DNA of 63,530 nt, the filler included, from Sphaeroforma arctica JP610 (lineage: Eukaryota), in NCBI RefSeq assembly GCF_001186125.1. It is 8 parts of 2 records of this genome, joined end to end, with 100 filler letters (N's around TTAATTAATTAA, not from the genome) between each part and the next. Parts side by side here need not be neighbours in the genome. Positions count along the whole stretch, not along the records: positions 1 to 6,069 come from NW_014040531.1; positions 6,170 to 9,595 come from NW_014040531.1; positions 9,696 to 12,636 come from NW_014040531.1; 5 more parts are not named here. One strand, 5' to 3'. The notes below the pieces were generated by a model. It saw nothing but the letters and a program-made list of their open reading frames with translations. It did not search any database and had not been told where the DNA came from. How positions within the stretch are numbered: the stretch's first letter is position 1; each line of letters begins with the position of its first letter. A program made the position numbers and the translations under genes. Shown piece by piece: positions 1 to 12,636 of this stretch.

Positions 1-69
1 GTTTATTGATAATTTTTTTCTATAATCCTTTACTAACCATATTGTATCATCTGTACTCTCCACGATCAG

Positions 70-3000
70 GATGGGAACGGCTCTGACACCGAACCGTGCG
101 CTCACATGGAGTTGAAGCACGTCAGCCTTGCCGATAGCGCTGCAATAGCTGTCGCTGCATCCAATCATTCTCTGACAGAGTTGCACGGTATGTTTTTTTA
201 ACACTAACCAAGTGTGATTTCTCCGCTGGATGTGCTCATGTAGCAGTTGCCGAGTGTTATGTTTGGAAGCGCACGAGTCGAGTTATTGAGATGCACCTAT
301 ATCATTCTCATACGAAGTTGCACTACAGATTTAGCGAGAGCTGTTGGAGGTGCTCTCCACGGCCAAGCTCCTGCGCAACTATGTGATTGTGAGTCATTTA
401 AACATGTGTTCGTTTCGAGCTAGCACACAGCCCTGTGTATGGTACTGTATCTTCATCTAGATCTGTTGTCCGTGCCGGTATTCGCCTGTATATTCTCATC
501 ACATTGCATCGCCTCGCCCGGCCTTCTCTCCCCAGCTTTGATCCTTGAAGCGCTGATTATACACAAGGGATCGGCGCACGTGGACCAGATCTGCGACCAC
601 GTGTCTCTCACGTGGGGCTCCTTGCGCAAACGCGATGGCACACCGTACGCCGTAGACTGCCGGAGGGCGGTCAACTCGTCGCTGCTCAAAAGGTGACTCA
701 AACACTCAAGACACTACTGTGATATTAGTGATGTGTCATTAGTGTTCAACAGTATGCCTGAGTGTGCGTAGGGAGATTTATATCGTGGCTTGTTATATAA
801 GAGTGTTAGTTAAAATAGGTTAGGCGTGAGTGGAATAAGGCTTTGCGTTCACGAACTGGGGCGGAGATGGATGGATAAGTGTGTGTGTAGAGTGCTTTGG
901 CAGAAACAAGATAGCCACCTAATGAAGAGGTGAGGTACATTGGAGACTGATCAGAGATCTGTATTTTAGTGCAGTGTTGAGTGGGTATGAAAAATGGGGA
1001 AGCAACCAGCCCAGAATTAAGTCGAAATAATTTACTGAAACGTGCCTAAAATGAGATCCGAAAACTGTTTGTACTACTACTCACCTTTCCTCTGCACAAG
1101 GTACACACATACTACAGTAACTGCCAATTCTCATACTGTTTCCCATGCTCACTCTCAAGCACTCACATGTTAACTTCCCTCAACTCACACCCCTTTTTCA
1201 CCCATCTGACCACGCCCTTTTTCCTGCTCATCATGGTGTTTCCATCAGCTGCAACGACGCACCTCTATACAAAAGACAGCATTTTCACAATTGGGTGTTG
1301 ACCACGCATGCGAAAGCCGTCCTTGCGGAGAGCGAAGTCGATCTGTCCGATGTCAAGTTTGTGTCGCTCGGAAACGGACAAGATCAATTCAAAAGTATGT
1401 AGACAACCGACAAGGCGTATGTGTTGAGCATAGCTCGTGAGTATATGTGTGTATACAGTCTGCAGTTGTACATATATATTTATAATTTTACTATAACTAC
1501 TACAGTTATACTATAGTTTTACTACAATTGTACTATACTTTTGCGACCACCTTCTGGAGCCCGCTCGCGGTTGATTGTGCGCATGCAGATGGAAATACTG
1601 ACCCTACCTTCATCCAGAAACCAAAGCTTTAGCACGAGGCGCTGAAAGGTATCCAATCAGGCCTCCCAATGCTACATCACATGTGCCGTATGAGTATACC
1701 GTCCATGCCCTATCTGCGTAGCAATTCTGCAAACGAACTGTTACAACTGCGCCAGATGATCAAACGCGAGCTTTCACATCATCCAGTCAACCGAATAGAT
1801 CTGCGCGTATGCAACTACGCCCACAGAAACCATCGCCATCTGCCCGCACGGCACGACCACACCTGCACATATTTACGGCAGTGTCTGACGATACACATCC
1901 AAATCACCAGCCAGCCATCGTTCTACTACGCTCTGCATATATCATCTATTCACAGAACATATTTATATCTATTCACAGAACGCCCACATCAAACCAGCCA
2001 TCGTTCTACTACACTCTGCATATATCATCTATTCACAGAACATATATCATCTATTCACAGAACGCCCACATCAAACCAGCCATTGTTCTACTACACTCTG
2101 CATATATCATCTATTCACAGAACGCCCACATCCACCCATACCCTACAACAGTGCCCGACGATGAACTGTCGCCGTACGAACCGCCGAGCCGTCCCGAAAG
2201 CGCTGCGGGGCAGAACACACCCGCAGACAACGTTGTGGCGTCTGACCGCATACGTGACGATACGTATGAGTGGCCCAGGGTGGAGTCTGAGGTGGAGCAC
2301 GACACGGAGAATGACTTGGCGGCTGCTATGGATCTGACTGGTTTGCAATGTATGTATGGGTTTGTACATGTGCTCGTTGATGCGTATACATATAGGCGTT
2401 TTCAGTTGGGGACGTATAAACGTTTTCAGCTGGCGATGGGTAGGGGTAGGATTGAATGTAGTGTGGGTGGCTCTGGTGCAGACTCGATACTGTGAAGCTA
2501 GGCGATAGTGAGCGTAGTATTTGGCAAGCACGTTGCAACAGTCGGATTTCCATTTTTTGTGTGTGGTCGATTTGTTCCTTTTTTTTGGGTGGTAGAGTAT
2601 TTGCCAGTGGGCAGTGAGCATATTACTGTAGTGGGACCGGGTCTGCCCAACTCCACCATGCAGAACACTCCCAGGTTAGAAATAGCACCTGCAGCCTGAT
2701 TCATATATTTGCTGGCTTGCTGATACCTACTAGTCTACCTTTGTAACATTGACTGGTTTGTATCGGGATCTGCGCCGCCGGTACGAGTGATGGTTGTGCA
2801 TGTAGCTAACGCGCAAGCTCATAACGTGACGATCGTATCCTGTATGACAATGCCGCGTTCGTTGCGGTGTGTGATTACGGTGTGTGGTTACTTGTAGCAT
2901 CATCAATATTGTGCTGGGGCCGAAAGCACTCATCACAAGGCTGCTGTATTTGACTCACCCCCACATGTCTTGTTTTTGCGCACCAGTGATACTGCTCCGA

Positions 3001-4374
3001 GTACTCGGAACGATTGAAGAAGGGAAAGGCATGCACATCGAGGACATACATTACCGAGTGGGACCGGTATGTCTGAATCTCCAATTGCACGCCCTCGCAG
3101 TGGCATGAACGCCGGTCTGTTGTGATGGCGAAGCAAGCAGTTCATATACATGTGTGTGGTGTCTGCCACGCATAGCGGGTCGCTTTCTCGAGGGCATCGA
3201 CAGCCCCATGCGCGCGGGGGGGAGTAGCTCCATTGTATTTGCCTGCAGCTTTACAGTTGTCATGTGTTCGCATCATGACATTCTCATGTTCTGGGTATGT
3301 GTCTGTGTTGCTGAGTATTCGCCATCATATAATTGAAAGTGGTTGAGTTTTTCCCATTAGACGATCAGTTCGGCTTTTGATCTGCGGCGTGGGTTCGCCA
3401 GCGTGCTTCACTCGCAAGAGTCGCAAGCAGGTGTGGATTTAGGCTCAGCAGATACTAATGTCGTTTGAACAATCGCGTCACTCGTTCGATAGATGTCTGC
3501 TGTGCAATGTGTTGGGTATGCACACTTGGCATGGTTATATGTTTCAGAATCAGGAAGTCACCTGTGTATGACCTGTATGCTGTGGGTATGTAATCTATCA
3601 ACCGGATGCACATCTTGCCCATTGACTATACCCCTCTAATTTTTCAGAGCGCTGGAGGTTATCGACCAACCCTTGAAACCACATCTGAAGCTCACAAGAC
3701 ATACTCGAAGCCTACTCGAGCTCACGGCAGAGTGTCTAACTAATGCCACTATACACTCTTCCCTCTCGTCACCAACAGCACTTTGTGAATCTCAAGAAGA
3801 AGAATGGAACCATGTACTCGGCTGAAACAAAGAGGGCCACGATATCGAGTTTAACCAACAATCCCAGCCCACCATTCTTTGTCAAGATCAACAAAGACCC
3901 CACAAAATGGATTCTAGCTCCCGCTGGGGTATGTGCTTAGCGTGCGTGCGTTGTTCTCTAATTGTGTGTGGTTGATTTGATTTGTACTGGGGATAGCTTT
4001 GGCCGTCCATGTCGTATAATGTACGGGCAGTGATTAGAGTGTTGTAGTGTCCGATTTTGCCTATCACAGTCCAAGACGAGCTGGTATGCATGCTGATCTT
4101 ATGCGTTTGTATTCCGAACTTATCGCAGCTTGAGAAATTGGCGTTATATAAAGTACAGGCCGTAAAAATGCGGGCGAGAAAAAGGTCACAAAGCGACTCC
4201 AATAACGAGGAACCAGACACCAAATCAGACGTAGAGTCAGAGACTAGCAAAGTGGATGCACCCACCAAGGTAAACACCAAGGCCACGGGTCATACTGAGA
4301 ACAAGGCAGACGCCATCAGACGGAGCACCTCACCAACAAGCGACACACCCAGCAAGAGGCAACGCAAAACGTGA
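70..4374 (+). CDS. Multi-exon gene (5' partial) encoding two winged-helix-like repeats; may be partly pseudogenised
   Basis: Phase-compatible GT-AG exons 70-187, 329-388, 536-692, 1249-1394, 2152-2349, about 3648-3928 and 4129-4374. Repeat 1 reads ILEALIIHKGSAHVDQICDHVSLTWGSLRKRDGTPYAVDCRRAVNSSLLK-SCNDAPLYKRQHFHNWVL. Repeat 2 reads HFVNLKKKNGTMYSAETKRATISSLTNNPSPPFFVKINKDPTKWIL. The tail is basic and NLS-like (KRQRKT*). Frameshifts occur near 3700-3745 and the middle exons are uncertain. Confidence 0.5.
1907..2131. repeat. Intronic imperfect tandem repeat
   Basis: Three copies of ACCAGCCATCGTTCTACTACACTCTGCATATATCATCTATTCACAGAAC plus extra ATCTATTCACAGAAC sub-units. Confidence 0.85.
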
Positions 4375-4994
4375 TCGCGAGCCTTTGCACACACTACTGA
4401 AGGGTAGCCTAGGCGTGACGTAGATACTGTAGGAACGCAGCAATGGCATGCACATCGCGTATGTATGCGGATTTTAGCTTTGATACATACTATATGACGA
4501 ATTATCATATCGGCAAGCGCAGTCGCGAGTCGAAAGTATACAAGATTCTAAGAGATGGACTATAGACAATCCGCCAAAGAAACGCAAATCGATATGAGTC
4601 ATAACATAGCCTTCTAAATGAACAGTTATAACAGCTGTATTACACAATACCATCGACTGGGCTGATAGTATGACTCGTGGCGGATGCGAAGACTGAAAAT
4701 TACTGCTTGCTCACGCACCGCGAAGGCAGCAGTGGTGACAGACGTTCAAAGACAGCGAATAAAAACCAAGTGCAAAGCAGCGAATAAAAACCAAGTGCAA
4801 AGCAGGACAAATGGAGCGTGTTTAGTTGTTAATCTGTCATGAGAGTGTGCACATATCGTCTACAATTCGTATCTTTCCTCATGGCGAATCCATTGCCATC
4901 GAAGGCCCCGCTTCATACTATTGCACTGCAGGGTAAACCATATATGGTACTCTCCTCAGGTTTAAATCCATCGAACGTCATCATGCCTCCGATG

Positions 4995-5207
4995 CAGCCT
5001 GGCACCGATATAAACGAAACCTCGTGGCAAACAAACCATAACAAGCGGATGCAAATACAGCCAATTGTACGTAATGGACTGGTGGCACGTAGTTGGTGGT
5101 TCAGCCTGGTACAGAGATAAACGAGACCTCGTGGCAAACAACCCATGACAAGCGGATGCAAATACAGCCAATTGTACGTAATGGACTGATGGCACGCGGT
5201 TAATGGT
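4995..5207. repeat. Tandem duplication, about 107-bp unit x2
   Basis: CAGCCTGG...ACCTCGTGGCAAACAA...ACAAGCGGATGCAAATACAGCCAATTGTACGTAATGGACTG starts at 4995 and again at 5102. Confidence 0.85.
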
Positions 5208-6069
5208 TGTGAAGGAACGCTCGGCGAGTGCATTGCGACATGCTGCGATCAACCCCCGTCAAACTAAACACCGTAGCACAACATATCTTGCACTCCCGTG
5301 CGGCCCAGTCTGCCGACCACTCTAGCATGTTGTGGGAGTTTCAGACTATGGGGAGGCTGTAACGCATCCACGGGGTTCACTAGCAGAGGAGGTGTATGGC
5401 GAACAGACAGAAAGTGTCACGGATCAACCAGTGATTGTGCTGAGAGATGCGGAACAACCAGTGACTGTGTTGAGAGATGCAGCCGTTTTGACCCATCAGT
5501 ATTGTAAACGGCGACCGTGGCTTCCATAGGTCCAAAGCCATCGCGAGCTCCTGCCCCTACTGCGGCACCGCACAAGATCCCACATATAAGGCCGGTCTTA
5601 GGCCCAGTTCCACCGACGGCCCCTAAGCTTGCAATGCAAACCCCAAGCCTCATATGCACAAACGTATTGCAAGTTTTCCATGAAATTTGGACCCAATATC
5701 ATAATATCTCAATGCACTGACAACGGAGGTGTACGGCATATCAGCAGAAAATCGCAGCGGAACAGAAAAATATTGCGTTCCAAAATGCTTCGAGCCGTAC
5801 GTAATACCTCCAATTCGCGCAACTGCCACTCAGGCCTGTTATGAACTTTTTCTGAAATTAGGAACCAATATAACACACTCTCAATATACAGACAAAGGAA
5901 GTGTATGTCGTACCAGCAGAGATTGCAGTGGAACAGAATAAGCTTGCGTCCCGTAATGCTGCGGATACCAACTAGGAAATCAACGGCTGCCCCAGACAAC
6001 GTTAAAATTCAGGTGTTGCAAGAAGTTGTGTTGATGTGCTGCGACTGGATTTGCTAGCTGGATATATAT

Positions 6070-6169
6070 NNNNNNNNNNNNNNNNNNNNNNNNNNNNNNN
6101 NNNNNNNNNNNNNTTAATTAATTAANNNNNNNNNNNNNNNNNNNNNNNNNNNNNNNNNNNNNNNNNNNN
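6070..6169. other. Assembly spacer (44N-TTAATTAATTAA-44N); identical spacers at 9596-9695, 12637-12736, 26424-26523, 41064-41163, 46559-46658 and 54255-54354
   Basis: Identical 100-nt structure with a six-frame stop linker, usually flanked by microsatellites or minisatellites. Confidence 0.95.
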
Positions 6170-6699
6170 TGCACACAAACACATACACAACACTACACAC
6201 ACATATATATATATAATAAAAATAGAAAAAATATATATACAGATATATAAATAAATATATATATAATATAATATATAAATTTATAAATGTTGTATTTATA
6301 GACATACATAATATACATACATATATATATATATATATATACATATATATATACATACAAACATACATGCATGCATATATATATATATATTAATATATAT
6401 ATTAGATACATGGAGTAGATACGTGTGTTTCTGGGCGCGTCTAAACAATATATATATATATAAATATAAATGACAGGAGCCAGTCGTGTTCGTACATCTG
6501 TATATACATATGTACATCTCTGATACACGATATCACCCAAGGCCACCTCTTTAAACTGACGACAGTGAGGTTCTGACGCGATGATCTTAGATGAACTCTG
6601 GCGAAATAATTCTCAAGAAAGTGTGCATAAGCCTATGGGGTTCTTTCCTTATCGAATATAATATAGATATCAGGCTTGAATGTAGTAGTTAGGTCATAC

Positions 6700-9600
6700 C
6701 TCAATCAGCCGTTTCGTATCTGCATCCGATCTAGCTGAGTAGAATTTGAAGGCCAGGAGCAGAGAGCACCCTACGACATATTGAGAGTTGTAGCCAGTCA
6801 ATCTATTGAGAGTTGCAACGAGTGACTAGCTGAAAGCCATCAGTTTGGGTTACATCATACCGTATAGTTGATCACGCATAAATATAGATTCAATACCCTC
6901 CTTCGTTCTACATCATGCGCGCCCTTGTCGGGTGCTCAGAACAGTCAGATATAAATGTCTGTAAGGCCATCAACCAGTTCAAAGCGAGAACACGGTTCAC
7001 GGTTGGCACGTTGTTGTGTTCTTCAGGGATAGTCAAGCCATTCATTGCCAGTGGCAAGCCCGCCCAGCAACTGCCGACTCTCTTATACACCATACACAGT
7101 TTGTTCTTCACTATTCGGCACGTTCGTTCTCAGAGTTCAATCGAAAGGTCTTGCAAATACAACCGTCTGCGCATAACGTGATACAAATATACAGGCCGAC
7201 ATACCAGCCAAGACTTTCCGATTGGCTTTGTTGACAGCGCCTTTCTCTATCAGGTGCTCAAAGTACAGGTGGCTCAGGGCTACTATCGCAAGCTCGCCGT
7301 TGATTGCATCCAACACGATCTCCGTCAGCGCCATTTTGAGACTGCCCACAACGAATGCAATCGCGTTAGACATTGGTACTTGAACAAAGTTTTCGTTCGA
7401 GGCAATGACCAGGAAGGTGGTACACACAGCACATGTCAACGACACGACCACGCACACCTCGCTATATAAGTCCACTTTTTATAATATACACGCGCTTGGG
7501 AGCTATCGCTGAACGAGAGATTTTGACTCCTCGCATCAAGAACAACACCAATGCGCACACACTCGCCCCCCATCCAATACCTTCTCATTTTACTATGCGC
7601 ATCCACTCGCCCCCCCCATCCCATACCTTCTCATAAAACCCTAAAACACACTCTCCCCCCATCCCTTACCTTCTCATTTTACTATGCGCACACACATACC
7701 TTCTCATTTTACTGAGGGAAATCTGCAGATCGGGGTGTCTCTCGCGGAATTGCTCGTTGAGATCCCGCTTGAGATCGCTGGGCTTGGCGTACTGTATCAC
7801 AGACATCTTGATCGACGGCAGCGCCAGCACCTGCCGGTGTTTGCCCGAGCGTAGTGCGGGATCGTCCATGATGTACGTTCGCTTCTTGAGCCCCTCTTTG
7901 GCCTCGTCCGTCTGAGGCCACGAGGACTCGAGCAGCTAGTGATGAGTGGATGAATGGAATAGGAGGTATGGTGTGGTCAAGTTGGAACAGCTTGTATATG
8001 TTTCCCGCGAGCCACACTGACAAACCGAGGACTCCAACGCTACACTCATGGGCAGTGAGCGAATTTGTATTGCGTACACACTTTGATGTCACCGCTACTC
8101 TCTGATATTTTGTCATTGGAATGTGGAGTTGCGCATTGTGCGCCATGGCTTTGAATGCGTGAATTTGAATCCAACTAAATCCGACTACAACTTAATCACT
8201 ACACTATGCGTGCGAGTTGGTACTGTTTTGCGCAGTGTTGCTTCTGGAGATTGAGTGAGATCAAGGTTGGGAATCTCCCGCCACTTCCAATCTCATACAC
8301 TCCCTCTTGTTTGTGTTCCAACATCTGCCTCCAACACCCACACACATGCGTACGTACACACATACATATCCGACTGTGTTGACAATTTATTTGCAACATA
8401 AACACATTTCATCTTTCTCTGTTTTCCCATCACAAGCAACAGCACCCTACACAGTCGCCCATGAGACCATGCTTCTTTCTCTCTAATACACACACTTAGT
8501 CTTCTACGCTCCAGTATATATGAACATTTCCCTCTCCCCAACACACACACACGAGCACGCTACCCACCCACCTGCATATACGACAGGGTGCCTCTCTCGC
8601 GCGTTCGTTGTTGAACACCGAAGTGGCCACTCTGCGCATCTGCCTCGCCCTGCAGGTCCTTCTCGCCAGGATCGTACTTGATCACTGTGAACATGTAGAA
8701 CGGACACCGCGAGTGTGGCGACACGAGAACCAGCGGCTTACGAATGCCACGCAGACCCCCCCGTGAAGCAATGTACGTTGTTCCGCCATTGGGCAGTACA
8801 CCTGCGCGCAGTGGGTAGGTGGGTGGGTGGATTTGTATCAGCGGTTGGAGTATCATGCACGAGAAAGGGGGGGGGAGGGGAGGTTGTGTGTGTGTGTGAT
8901 AGTGTGAGTGAGCGAGTGAGTGAGTGAGTATATGTATATGCATGTGTGGGAACGGGAGAGAGATGTAGTGGAATAACCTCGGCAGCGAGACAATGGGGTG
9001 CCAGACATAGATGGTTGAGCAAGAGTACTGAAAATGAGAATAGAAAAGAATATAGTCGCTATAGTAAAAAATGAGTACAATATCATTCTTAGGGAGTCGA
9101 ACAGTATAGTCAACGATTCGATCAGTATGATGAAAATGGATACCGTCAATCTACCGGGATTTTACTGTTAACATAAAGACAGCCCGCAAAGAGTTGAACA
9201 ATTGCCGTGATATTTTGCGTTACAATAGTGAACGAATAAATCAAAATAAAGGACACACGCACTGTAGAGAATGAAGGCACGGGCATGACACAAGCAATAC
9301 AGGCCTATCACTGAACTAGCAGGGATAGCAACGTCACAATCATGGATAGCAACGTATCAATCATGAATAGCAACGTTACAATCATGGATAGCAACGTCTC
9401 AATCATGGATAGCAACGTATCAATCATGGCTAGCAACGTCTCAATGATAAATAGCAACGGCACAATCATGGATAGCAACGTCACAATCATGGATAGCAAC
9501 GTCACAATCATGGATAGCAACGGCACAATCATGGATAACAACGTCACAATCACGGATAGCAACGTCTCAATCATGGATAGCAACGTACTCAATCANNNNN

Positions 9601-12409
9601 NNNNNNNNNNNNNNNNNNNNNNNNNNNNNNNNNNNNNNNTTAATTAATTAANNNNNNNNNNNNNNNNNNNNNNNNNNNNNNNNNNNNNNNNNNNNCATGG
9701 ATAACAACGTCACAATCACGGATAGCAACGTCTCAATCATGGATAGCAACGTCTCAATCATGGATAGCAACGTATCAATCATAAATAGCAACGTCACAAT
9801 CATGGATAGCAACGTATCAATCATGGATAGTAACGTCGCAATCATGGTAGCCTCGCGCACTTTGTTAAAATGGAGATGTCACGGTCTATCAAGTGATATG
9901 AATACCACACGACTACCCAGATCCCTAACCTCTAATGCATCTTGCGAGAAGGTACACCAGACGACACAGTGGCCACAACACACCACCCCTGACTCTGATA
10001 CGTAACAGACCTGGTTCAAGAAGTTGGCCTTCTCTAATGTCGTCAGTATCCTACGATGTTAATAATGAAAGGTCACATGTTTATGAATCAAAATACATAA
10101 ACCGTTTCGATGAAGACCAAATGTGTATATATGCAGACTCCTAGTGAACGGGTTAACTAGCAACACACCAGGTCAACTCGGTTGAGTGTTGCGCAAAGAC
10201 CATTGGAGCAGACACAGGGAGGCACCGAGAAAAATTTAATCAAGTCGTCTCAAAGCTTGACTATAATGACCGACGCACATGAAATCATATATAAAATCAT
10301 ATATATATATATATATTGAATAACGATATTTTCGTGCATAAACACTATGCATATCGAGTATTATGGTACGGGCCTTCTTCCATTCATACTGCAGCGAACG
10401 AGACACCTCTATCTTGTCCATTATACACACACAGCCGCCAATCCACTTAGGACACTCGTGACATGTACACACCACTTAAGGTAGCGACACTTCCACACCC
10501 TAAGTGAATAGCCTCCGCAGAGGAGAACGAATCCATATACTAGACCATCTGTTTTTTAAAATCTTGAGGACACCACTGAACTGGAATGAATTGGACACTT
10601 CGCCAAAACATTAACAACCTGTTGCATCATCGGGCGACTATCGATGCTATTGATGTCGGCCATAGCCACGCCATGGCCTGTACCATTACCGTGGCGCTGG
10701 TCATCGTGGGATACCTGTAGGTCTTCATTGGATCTGTTGATGTTTAATCGCACCTGAGAGAACGGACGACGCAGAGGGCAGTGCGGGACATACATGAGTA
10801 TGAATACTCACGCCTCTGTGTGTGGCGCATACTATACGGCACGTACAATGGCGACAAAGGATGAACAGACTACGCACAATAACTTACACACAGTATGATG
10901 TACAATACTTGTAGCTTACACTCCACCCATATCTCAGCAACCTGTCAGAAGATATGTGCCACAGCACACATATTGTGATTGCCCAACGGGCCAATACGTG
11001 CGTAAAACAGCAACTACACGGTGTGTCTGAGAGCTGATACATTGCACACATGCGAGTGTGATTGACAGTGCAAAATACTCCATCATGGGAATAAAAACCC
11101 CGAGGCCGCATTGAAAGGTGCTGCTATGCACTTCCCAGTACCAGTTGATCTACTGGGATGTACTACGATAATGCTGAGATGCGAGTTCTCGGTGAATGAC
11201 TCAGTCGTTTAAATCAACTTACCAAATTCTAGAACACTCGATGGACGAGCCGGTAAATAATACATATGGATAAGGATAACGCCCTCCAGCAGTGAGACTA
11301 TAACTACAAAGGTGGTGTAATGGCGCTATATAAGTTTCGATAGAATACGGTTAACATTGCCAAGACGGGGTAGCCCTGATTTCGAAACTAAGCTATTCAT
11401 AGGAATAATCGCGGTGTGCATTAGCTAGTCTCCGAGCGAGGGATTTGAATGCACAAAAGCCTCAGCATAAGTAAAGGGATTAAGGGGTGTGTGGGTGATG
11501 CGTGTCTTTCGCAAATAACATCCGTAATTCGGATCTATACTGGTGTCGGCCTAGTTCGACCAATGCTATCGATTCTTTATGTGTTGGGCGGTCCAAGCGT
11601 AGTGTACAGTCGAGAGAGACACACAGCAACTTCCCCCGCAGACCTCGCGCGTCAGCCACAGTAGATATACAGTACTTAATAAGAGTGGAATCCTTTCTCG
11701 CTGAGAGTCTAGGCAAGAATCTTGGCATGATTGCGTACATACCCGATGCAAGGATGTATTTGCTGAGGGCGTCACACCAGCCTGGTTGGGTTCGGCTTTC
11801 ATAGAGATGGTAGACAAGAATCTGGCGGCTTCTTTGCGTCGGTGAAACCTCGCCTGCTCTTTCCTCCTGGTGAATGGATTGATATGAGATTAGAGATATA
11901 TGACGACGACATCCTTGCTCAAGACAACAACATCGAATACGTTGCGTATCGATAGGGTTCACAAAGACACATTAACTTCTGAATCGAACGCTCATCCCAG
12001 TTCCAGCGCAAAACAATCAGTTTTTCATTTACGTTCAACACATGTCAGCCCCCCAGATTAGGAGTCGCTACGTGCTGTGTAGTTCGTAAAACGCTTTCGA
12101 TCTCGAATCAGAGCCGCATAACATATATTTGCAGCTTGCAACTACCTGTATTTTGGTTCGGATACTCCAAGTCCTCCTATCATCCGATTAATGTACCGAA
12201 GTAACATTCGTTCCTTTACAAGCATTTGTTGAACTATTGTCATGTCTAACCATGTTGTAGATACTATCATAGGCCCAATCATTCTGATCCGACCGCACTA
12301 CCAAACATGACAATTCAATGTCAAACTGAACATACCCATTTCTGAGCCCCCGATCCCATGCGGAATCCCCATTGCTGGCGAGATTCCTAGGCTTTCTTGT
12401 CACCTCCAT
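6700..12409 (-). CDS. CABLES: CABLES family protein (Cdk5 and Abl enzyme substrate, cyclin-like C-terminus); 3' end and some middle exons unresolved
   Basis: Minus-strand exons: 12336-12409(+), 11743-11866 (RRKEAARFLSTISM, like the CABLES N-terminal RRxAAxxFLxNISL), probably 10619-10753, 8572-8801 (PLVLVSPHSRCPFYMFTVIKY...SYMQ), 7700-7935 (DDPALRSGKHRQVLALPSIKMSVIQYAKPSDLKRDLNEQFRERHPDLQISLSKMR), 7205-7341 (SLKMALTE...LYFEHLIEKGAVNKANRKVLAG) and 6700-6770 (CSLLLAFKF). The last four exons join in frame at GT-AG sites. Confidence 0.9.
9323..9848. repeat. 21-bp minisatellite (AATCATGGATAGCAACGTCAC) inside a CABLES intron, spanning an assembly spacer
   Basis: Tandem 21-mer seen directly on both sides of the 9596-9695 spacer. 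It generates the spurious MDSNVTI / TLLSMIV ORFs. Confidence 0.95.
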
Positions 12410-12596
12410 TTTTTCCTACACATTTTTCTCCTCGTCGGACGTCCGTTCTGTTACATACGAACAAGACAAGGTAAAATTTATTCTCAGATATATTTGAGTG
12501 ATCTCAATATATGTATGAAAGTCTTTCAAGCATACATATTTGAACCTATTTTCATAAACATAAACATATACAGATACACAAACATACACTCACACT

Positions 12597-12636
<40 letters not shown>

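Noticed and set aside
6114..6125. TTAATTAATTAA as a biological element or piggyBac TTAA site
   Set aside because: It is always centred in 44N+44N, so it is an artificial six-frame-stop linker.
9308..9860. MDSNVTI / TLLSMIV repeat ORFs as proteins
   Set aside because: These are by-products of a stop-free 21-bp minisatellite lying inside a CABLES intron.
11300..11962. Possible non-LTR reverse transcriptase remnant (RHISLIS, VSLDC, SGLPRLG)
   Set aside because: The motifs are weak and there is no YADD-like motif. The core is better explained in another frame as a CABLES exon (11743-11866) with proper splice sites.
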